NCBI GenBank assembly: GCA_002782605.1 | Contig: PFIF01000184.1 | Coordinates: forward strand, 1-38,389 | DNA length: 38,389 bases | Direction: 5' to 3' | DNA from: Deltaproteobacteria bacterium CG_4_8_14_3_um_filter_43_13 | GTDB taxonomy: Bacteria > Desulfobacterota > UBA8473 | Shown here: in pieces, positions 32,506-38,389 of the stretch | Layout: each line of letters starts with the position of its first letter | How positions within the stretch are numbered: position 1 is the stretch's first letter | Notes under the pieces: model-generated | What the model was told of the DNA's origin: nothing | Seen by the model: only the letters and a program-made list of their open reading frames with translations | Databases searched by the model: none | Program-made: the position numbers and the translations under genes

Positions 32506-35199
32506 CTCAAATTTAACTCGACAGGTCTTCCAGCCCAATGAGTCATGCCTGGAAAGCTGTGCCAGGTTGATAAGATTCCGTGAATCGTTGTCATTAAAAG
32601 CCACTGGGACAAATATCAGCCCCGCTATTAATCCATCTCTCAGTCTGATCCCTCTCTCTACTGCCCCATATCGGGAAATGACCCGAACAGCGTCCCCATC
32701 ATGCAAATTTAATTTTGTCCCATCTTTGGGGGATATCTCTATCTCTCCCTTCAAATCAAACTCCTGAATACGCTTGGAACGGCTCGTCCGAGTACCGCTT
32801 CCCAAATGGTAACGGTAAGACCCGAGGATAGCCGTCAAAGGATAAACATCATCAGGCACTTCATCTTCGGTGGAAACAACAGGAGAAAAAGGAATCAAGT
32901 CTCCTTTCCCATCGGGGCGGAAGCGAGCCTTTTCACTCGTTTCCCTGATCCAGGGCGTGTATCCATGCCCACCCGGATCCGCATACATAGGCACAGACCC
33001 AATGATTTCTTCCCTTACCCTTTCCAGAGAACTGTAGTGTTTGGAATACCCCATCTTTTCAGCAAGAAGGGCCAGGATTTCCCAGTCAGGTTTGGCATCT
33101 CCCGGTGGAACTACTACGGGTGTAAAGGTTTGAATCCTTCCTTCCATATTCGTAAATGAACCGCCCTTTTCGCAGAAAGCGGCGCCTGGCAGAACCACAT
33201 CTGCAATCTCGGCGGTTTCGTTTGCGAGGATATCTTGAACCACTACAAAATCTAATTTCTCCAGGGCACTGCGAACCCGTTCAGGTTGAGGGAGACTCCG
33301 GAGGGGGTTTTCCCCCATGATGTACAATGCTTTTAGGTTGCCTTTCTCGGCTTCCTCGATCATTCTGACCATATTGAGACCTTGATCGGGCGAAATCTTT
33401 GCCTGCCATACCCGTTCCCATTGTTTTCGCGTTAAATCATCACTCAGAGACTGACCACCCGGCAATCCGTATGGCACCGCCCCCATATCCTGTGCACCCA
33501 ATTGATTGTTTTCCCTTGCAAGAATATACAGACCGGCCCCTTCAGTTCCAAGGCTTCCGGTCATGAGTGAGAGGTTAATGATAGCCTCTAGACACTCCCG
33601 CCCATATCTCTGCTGCAGGATTCCATGCCCAACCACGAAGGCAACCTTTTTCCCGTGTAACAACTCGGCAGCCTCTTCAATAGTACCCACATCTATAGAT
33701 GTTACCCGGCTAATTCTGTCAATGTCCAGGGAAGAAAGCCCGCGACGGTACAGGTCAAACCCCTCTGTAAACTGGATTATGAAATCAGAGGCGTATGCCT
33801 TTTTCTGGTACAGCAGCATAGCCAGAGCGTTGATCAATTCAAGGTCGCTCCCGGGAAAAACACGGAGCCAGATAGATGAGAAGTCCACCAATTCCGTGCG
33901 CCTTGGATCAGCAACTATTAAGGGAATGCCCTTCTTCGCAGCCCTTTTGAGATAATAGCTCACCACAGGAACCGAGTGATTTGGGTCCGCACCAAGAACA
34001 AAAATGGCATCCTCTTTCTCCAGCCGAGCAAGGGGCTGAATACGGTACCCCCCGTCTGTTTTTTCATCAATGAGATTCAAGAGGGACTGCCCGGACACAT
34101 AGCCACCATTGTCCACGTTATTTGTTTCAAGAACAACCCTTGCTATCTTTTGAAAGAGGTAATTTTCCTCATTTGTGCATTTGGAGGAACCTAAAAATGC
34201 CACGTTTTGTGGGCCGTTTTCCCGTTTGATTTCAAGAAGCCGTCTTGCAACAACCTCCAGTGTCTCACCCCATGAAGCGGAAACCAGCTCGCCATCTTTG
34301 CGAATCAAAGGACTGCGCAACCGTTCACTGGCATTGAGAAAGTCATGGGCAAAGTGGCCCCTGACACAGAGGGTTGCCCCATTAACCGTGTCGGATATGT
34401 GTGATGGGTTGACCTCTATAACCTGTTCATCCACAACACCCATAGACAGAGAACAGCCTACACCACAGAATCCGCAGATAGAACGAGATTCCCTCTGAGG
34501 AGTACCTACGTAACGTGTATTATTCGGGGACAATGCCCCGGTGGGACACATTGACACACAGGTGCCGCAAAAGGTGCAGTCAGAATGCTCTAAGCCCAGA
34601 TCATGAAGCGCGACAGGGCGGGATTTAAAGCCTCTCTGGTTATAATCTATTGCCCCCACAACAACCAGTTCATGGTCTGCCCGGATACACTTTCCACACA
34701 GGATACATTTGGAGAGATCCCTGATAATGAAAGGATTTGCCTGTTCCAGTGGTTTGTAGTTGGGCATAGGGTAAAGGTTTGTCTCCCCTATACCGAGTTT
34801 AGCGGCTATCTGACGCAACTGACAGCGGTTCCCTTTGCTGCAAAATATACAGGACTCCGGATGTTCAGCGATCATCAGCCTGACTATATTCCGCCTGTGC
34901 TTATTTACACGGGGTGACTCTGTCAGGATACTCATGTCCTGGGCCACTGGCGTAACACATGACGCCATGATACGGCCGGCCTTCTCATCTTCTACCAGGC
35001 AGAGACGACAGGCGCCAAACGGTTTAAGGTCAGGATGATAGCAGAGTTTGGGAATCTGTATACCGTGCTGCTCTGCAGCCTCCAGAATGGTTGTTCCGGG
35101 CGGACAGGTGATATTTCTCCCATTAATGGACAGCGTTATGTTTTCCAAAAAACTAACTCCTTTTGGATTCGGGGTCAGACCCGTAGCAATATAACCCAA
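32470..35199 (-). CDS. FdhA/NuoG-like Fe-S plus molybdopterin-oxidoreductase-fold subunit lacking the catalytic Cys/Sec-His
   Basis: The cofactor motifs seen are: 2Fe-2S (CYHPDLKPFGACRLCLVE), a His-ligated 4Fe-4S (HPESCIFCSKGNRC), 2x[4Fe-4S] (CILCGKCIR, CTFCGTCVSMCP), and a MopB 4Fe-4S (CGFCGVGCS...LCVRG). The protein has the MopB body and a C-terminal barrel. At the FDH active-site position it reads NNVDNGGYVSGQS instead of NNVD.CAR(L/V)(C/U)H. The likely true start is TTG 35148, with AAGGAG 8 nt upstream, giving MENITLSINGR... Confidence 0.8.
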   Translation of the reverse strand: MGYIATGLTPNPKGVSFLENITLSINGRNITCPPGTTILEAAEQHGIQIPKLCYHPDLKPFGACRLCLVEDEKAGRIMASCVTPVAQDMSILTESPRVNKHRRNIVRLMIAEHPESCIFCSKGNRCQLRQIAAKLGIGETNLYPMPNYKPLEQANPFIIRDLSKCILCGKCIRADHELVVVGAIDYNQRGFKSRPVALHDLGLEHSDCTFCGTCVSMCPTGALSPNNTRYVGTPQRESRSICGFCGVGCSLSMGVVDEQVIEVNPSHISDTVNGATLCVRGHFAHDFLNASERLRSPLIRKDGELVSASWGETLEVVARRLLEIKRENGPQNVAFLGSSKCTNEENYLFQKIARVVLETNNVDNGGYVSGQSLLNLIDEKTDGGYRIQPLARLEKEDAIFVLGADPNHSVPVVSYYLKRAAKKGIPLIVADPRRTELVDFSSIWLRVFPGSDLELINALAMLLYQKKAYASDFIIQFTEGFDLYRRGLSSLDIDRISRVTSIDVGTIEEAAELLHGKKVAFVVGHGILQQRYGRECLEAIINLSLMTGSLGTEGAGLYILARENNQLGAQDMGAVPYGLPGGQSLSDDLTRKQWERVWQAKISPDQGLNMVRMIEEAEKGNLKALYIMGENPLRSLPQPERVRSALEKLDFVVVQDILANETAEIADVVLPGAAFCEKGGSFTNMEGRIQTFTPVVVPPGDAKPDWEILALLAEKMGYSKHYSSLERVREEIIGSVPMYADPGGHGYTPWIRETSEKARFRPDGKGDLIPFSPVVSTEDEVPDDVYPLTAILGSYRYHLGSGTRTSRSKRIQEFDLKGEIEISPKDGTKLNLHDGDAVRVISRYGAVERGIRLRDGLIAGLIFVPVAFNDNDSRNLINLAQLSRHDSLGWKTCRVKFEVTIQAQRDKGT

Positions 35200-35247
35200 A
35201 TGTCGGGTCAGACCCCAACCTGACTTCTGAGTCCTGAGCTTTTTTGA

Positions 35248-36123
35248 CTATCTGAGTTTCGCCGCATCCAGATAGTACCTGAGCTTTTCTTCCCCGCCTA
35301 TGGTTATAATATGAATCCCCTGACAGATGTCTTTAATGCCTGTTACTATATCAGCAAAAAGATATATACTGGCCTTTTGCTTGTCTGAGGCTTTGGCTAG
35401 TTTTTGGATAATCCACTCCGGCACCAATCCTGACTTGAAGTGTCGGTTGAGAAATCGGCCCATGCCGGCTGTCCTCAGAATCATGACTTCTGCAATTACC
35501 GGAACTCCGAAGGTCCCGACAGTCTTTACGAATTTCTCAAACCGATCCAGATCGAATACCGGTGTTGTCAAGAAGTACCCGGTACCTATCCTCGTCATCT
35601 CCTCCATTTCTTTCATCTCTAGCTCCGGAACGTTTTTACCCCAGCAAGATTCAACACCCGAGCCCAATATGAATTCGGCTTTGTAAGGAAGTTCCTTGCC
35701 GTCGACTGTGCGGCCTTCCCGAATGTGTTCCAGAACAGAGGCTAATTTCCCGGAATCAACATGGAAGAACATTATCTCCTGAAGGCTATCCCCTGTAATC
35801 CGGTAGTCTTCAGTGAATACAAGGAGGTTTTCTACACCTGCTTCATGGGCAAGTATGAGGTCCTTTTGTAGTTGTAAACGGTTCTTTTGCCGGGTTGAAG
35901 TCTGATATATAGCCTCAAATCGGTTCTGTTTCAGAACTTCACACGTCTTAATCGTATCCCCCACTATCCCCTCAATCTCAACCTCTGATACGGAAACCCC
36001 GTCAACACGCCCTCGCACCAGATTGAAAGTCTTGACAATGCCTTCCGGCTCCTCATCGATAGGTGCCTGGATTTCAGTTGTAACCAGAAATTTCCTTTTT
36101 GCCAAAGCTTCTCTCAGCTTCAT
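35248..36123 (-). CDS. Divergent MetF (MTHFR-family) paralog
   Basis: Using the ATG at 36123, which has AAGGAG 6 nt upstream, the length is 291 aa. MKLREALAKRKFLVTTEIQAP parallels FKKALESGKFVVTSEVAPP of MetF. FTED parallels LTGD. The ORF track's extension to GTG 36174 is unlikely. Confidence 0.7.
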   Translation of the reverse strand: MKLREALAKRKFLVTTEIQAPIDEEPEGIVKTFNLVRGRVDGVSVSEVEIEGIVGDTIKTCEVLKQNRFEAIYQTSTRQKNRLQLQKDLILAHEAGVENLLVFTEDYRITGDSLQEIMFFHVDSGKLASVLEHIREGRTVDGKELPYKAEFILGSGVESCWGKNVPELEMKEMEEMTRIGTGYFLTTPVFDLDRFEKFVKTVGTFGVPVIAEVMILRTAGMGRFLNRHFKSGLVPEWIIQKLAKASDKQKASIYLFADIVTGIKDICQGIHIITIGGEEKLRYYLDAAKLR

Positions 36124-36211
36124 CAGCAGCTCCTTTACTGTCCTGGAAGGTAATCTTCTGTGGTAACCGTTCACGGTTCTCAGTTTACCGTTTACGGTTT
36201 GTATTCAATGA

Positions 36212-36241
36212 ATTATATAAAGCTTGGAGCATTTTTGCCAA
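36212..36241 (-). promoter_or_regulatory. Candidate sigma-70 promoter of the metF2 operon (TTGGCA-N18-TATAAT)
   Basis: On the minus strand, the -35 TTGGCA is at 36241-36236 and a perfect -10 TATAAT at 36217-36212. The palindrome ACCGT-tt-ACGGT (36187-36198) lies just downstream of the predicted start site. Confidence 0.45.
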
Positions 36242-36294
36242 CTGCTAACCGCAAACCATAAACTGTGAACAGATACCTTTTGTTGGTGTATGAA

Positions 36295-36870
36295 TCAGGG
36301 CAACCCCAATAACCGGCTTACCTCTTGCTTCAACTGGGGCAGAGGTAAAGGCTTGGAAAAACACACATCTGCACCGTACTCCTTCATCATCCTGAATTTC
36401 TCTTCGTCCAGATACGCTGACAAGACGATAATAACCATGTTCCTGGTAGCCTCATTGGACTTAATCTTCCTGCACACCTCATACCCCTTAATATCAGGCA
36501 TCATGATGTCCAGTATTAAAAGGTGCGGTTTGAAGTGACTTACCTGAAGACCTGCCTCAAATCCATCGGAAGCAGAAACAACATCATAATCATGTTCATC
36601 CTCTTCCAATGCCTGAACAATCGTTTCAACGATGATGGGGTCGTCATCCACCACAAGTATTCTCTTTCTCTCTTCCATTTGTTCATCTTCGGGGATTGGA
36701 ATCCCCTGCCTTTGCATAAAATCTTCAAGATCCAGCTTCTTTATACGACGATGCCCCCCCACGGTCTTGTATGCCTTGATATAGCCAGAATCTATCCAGT
36801 TGATAATGGTCTTGGGGGAGACATTACAGTATTTGCTGGCCTTGAAAACAGTTAATACAGCATCCATCAA
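36295..36870 (-). CDS. Response regulator with N-terminal excisionase/MerR-type HTH and C-terminal receiver domain
   Basis: The N-terminus FKASKYCNVSPKTIINWIDSGYIKAYKTVGGHRRIKKLDLEDF is an excisionase-family HTH. The receiver follows: KRILVVDDDP...HLLILDIMMPDIKGYEV...VIIVLSA. Confidence 0.8.
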   Translation of the reverse strand: MMDAVLTVFKASKYCNVSPKTIINWIDSGYIKAYKTVGGHRRIKKLDLEDFMQRQGIPIPEDEQMEERKRILVVDDDPIIVETIVQALEEDEHDYDVVSASDGFEAGLQVSHFKPHLLILDIMMPDIKGYEVCRKIKSNEATRNMVIIVLSAYLDEEKFRMMKEYGADVCFSKPLPLPQLKQEVSRLLGLP

Positions 36871-36927
36871 ATGGCTCCTTTTGTTTTTCTGTTATTGCTA
36901 AATTTACTATTATTATAGTTTTTACTA

Positions 36928-37023
36928 ATTGTCAAGTAAAATTTTGGGGTAGATTATTTATTTATTATAATTATTATATTTATTTCTATTATTTCTATTA
37001 TTGATTGTCAAGTAAAATTTTGG
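36928..37023. repeat. 20-bp perfect direct repeat ATTGTCAAGTAAAATTTTGG x2 (76-bp period) in an AT-rich spacer
   Basis: Copies lie at 36928-36947 and 37004-37023. On the minus (coding) strand each contains TTGACA. TATTTCTAT is also tandemly duplicated at 36981-36999. Confidence 0.75.
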
Positions 37024-37052
37024 TTATTTTCGACTTTTCTATTGTGACAGGA

Positions 37053-38389
37053 TTAAATAGAAGGGATAAAAACAGGGAGGCTGATGGTAAAGGTTGTTCC
37101 AGAACCCACCTTGCTTTCTACTTTAATATCACCTCCATGATCTTTTACAAACCCATAGCAGACAGACAGGCCAAGGCCAGTATCTCTTGCACCATCTTTA
37201 GTAGTAAAAAAGGCATCAAAAATCTTACTTATATATTCTTCTTTTATACCGATCCCTGTATCGGCTATCTGAATCCGGACATTGTCTTTACCGCCATTAG
37301 TCTTAACTGTTAAGGTTCCACCTTCTGGCATAGCATCTCGAGCGTTCGAGATTATATTGAGAAAGACCTGCCTAAGTTGATTCTTTGATGCATAAACCTT
37401 TCCCAAACCTTCTGCAAAAGAGGAAGAGACCCGGATATCGTGTTCCCGCAGTTGTTTCTCATGGAGAAGCAGTATCTCATCAAGCATTGTATTGATATCT
37501 ATGGGATGCCTTTCTTCCTCATCAGGCCTGGAAAAAGAGAGCATCTTGCGGAGCAGCTCGGACAGTCTCACCGTCTCGGAAAGGGCCATATCCAGAATCT
37601 TTCTTCTCTTGTTCTCAGGAGAAATCTCCGTTTTCATCAATTCCAGGGTATTCATGATTCCATAGAGGGGATTGTTTAGTTCATGGGCAATCTGAGAAGT
37701 CAGACGCCCCATGGCCGCCAGCTTTTCTGACTGCAATAACTGTTCCTGTGTCTGTCTCAGCCTTCGTTCCATCTCCAGGCTCTCCCCCAGGTCTACAAAT
37801 ATCCCTACAGAAGCAACTTCATTCCCTTTCGCATCGTAAATGATGGATGCCGAAAGGTTCCCCTCAACAATTTGGCCATCCTCTCTCACATAGGTTATGG
37901 GGTATGCTCTCAATTTGCCCACACCACCATAGTCTGGACCTCGCATCATTTGCATTACTTTTCTGGCATCCCCTTCTGAATAAATCTTTTCGATGCTCAT
38001 CTTGCCGATCACATCCTCTGCCTTACATCCAAGTGCCTCTTCGGAAGCCCGGTTCCAGATGATGATATTCCCCTTCATATCGGTCGCCATAATAGGGTTT
38101 GGCGAACTATGAATAGTCTTGTTCGGAAAATCATGTGCCTCCCTGAGTTCTTTCTCCATCTCTTTTCGCTGAGATTGATCCACATTGATCCCTTCGTACC
38201 CTAATACATTACCATCCTGATCATAGCGAATATGGCTTGTGAGTAAGACCGAAATAGCCTTCCCATCTTTCCGTTTAAAATCAACCTCATAATCGATCAC
38301 ATGACCTTTTCGCTCGATCATCTCCTGAAATCTTTGACGATTTTCAGGCATCAAATAGAGGTCTCTGGTTATATCAATATCCAGGAATT
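37053..38389 (-). CDS. PAS-domain sensor histidine kinase (5' end beyond the window)
   Basis: It has two PAS-like segments. The H-box is SQIAHELNNPLY. The N and G boxes are NIISNARDAM, DTGIGI and GLGLSV. The reading frame stays open from 38354 to the window edge (..FLDIDITRDLYL..), so the gene is partial. Confidence 0.85.
   Translation of the reverse strand, partial: FLDIDITRDLYLMPENRQRFQEMIERKGHVIDYEVDFKRKDGKAISVLLTSHIRYDQDGNVLGYEGINVDQSQRKEMEKELREAHDFPNKTIHSSPNPIMATDMKGNIIIWNRASEEALGCKAEDVIGKMSIEKIYSEGDARKVMQMMRGPDYGGVGKLRAYPITYVREDGQIVEGNLSASIIYDAKGNEVASVGIFVDLGESLEMERRLRQTQEQLLQSEKLAAMGRLTSQIAHELNNPLYGIMNTLELMKTEISPENKRRKILDMALSETVRLSELLRKMLSFSRPDEEERHPIDINTMLDEILLLHEKQLREHDIRVSSSFAEGLGKVYASKNQLRQVFLNIISNARDAMPEGGTLTVKTNGGKDNVRIQIADTGIGIKEEYISKIFDAFFTTKDGARDTGLGLSVCYGFVKDHGGDIKVESKVGSGTTFTISLPVFIPSI

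Noticed and set aside
32470-35199. Annotating the 909-aa protein as a functional NAD-dependent formate dehydrogenase alpha subunit.
   Set aside because: The active-site Cys/Sec-His motif is replaced by Ser-Gly (NGGYVSGQS) and there is no in-frame TGA. I call it only an FdhA/NuoG-like scaffold.

Overview
This is a chromosomal segment from a diderm (Gram-negative type) bacterium, shown by tamA-tamB, a LapA-domain protein and sigma-54 machinery. I support about 30 protein genes. I saw no rRNA, tRNA or CRISPR array. All domain calls come from motifs read by eye in the translated ORFs; no database search was possible.

Layout, left to right:
(1) A decayed mobile or accessory edge. It holds a 5'-truncated tyrosine recombinase, a DUF4258/zinc-ribbon toxin-antitoxin (TA) cassette, a decayed second copy of that cassette, and an attC-like inverted-repeat element.
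(2) A divergent glycogen-synthase-like gene paired with a GpgS-like GT-A glycosyltransferase.
(3) Small genes: a LapA-domain protein and a zf-TFIIB protein.
(4) A sigma-54 two-component module (HAMP histidine kinase plus NtrC-type regulator). Directly downstream is a well-spaced -24/-12 promoter driving a small secreted protein. Tandem dyads that could be its enhancer lie inside the regulator's own 3' coding tail.
(5) tamA-tamB.
(6) A glycogen cluster: glgB, then GH57, malQ, a GT-A gene and glgC. About 2 kb of accessory DNA splits it after glgB (four-helix-bundle gene fragment, mirrored hairpins, EcsC-family gene, attC-like element, DUF433/DUF5615 TA pair).
(7) A minus-strand redox/C1 operon: metF paralog, FdhA/NuoG-like protein with the catalytic Cys/Sec-His replaced, nuoE-like, nuoF::gltD fusion, metV, metF. 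An HTH-receiver regulator and a PAS histidine kinase sit upstream; the kinase runs off the right edge.

The best candidate for an undescribed system is the operon in (7). MetFV is linked to a NuoEF (HydBC/Bfu-type) flavin/Fe-S core instead of the known HdrABC-MvhD or RnfC2 partners. That suggests a new NAD(P)H/ferredoxin-linked methylene-THF reductase, possibly electron-bifurcating, or a Stn-like transhydrogenase.

The intergenic regions also carry several families of palindromic MITE/REP-like repeats. One of them supplies the last codons and the stop codon of the FdhA-like gene.
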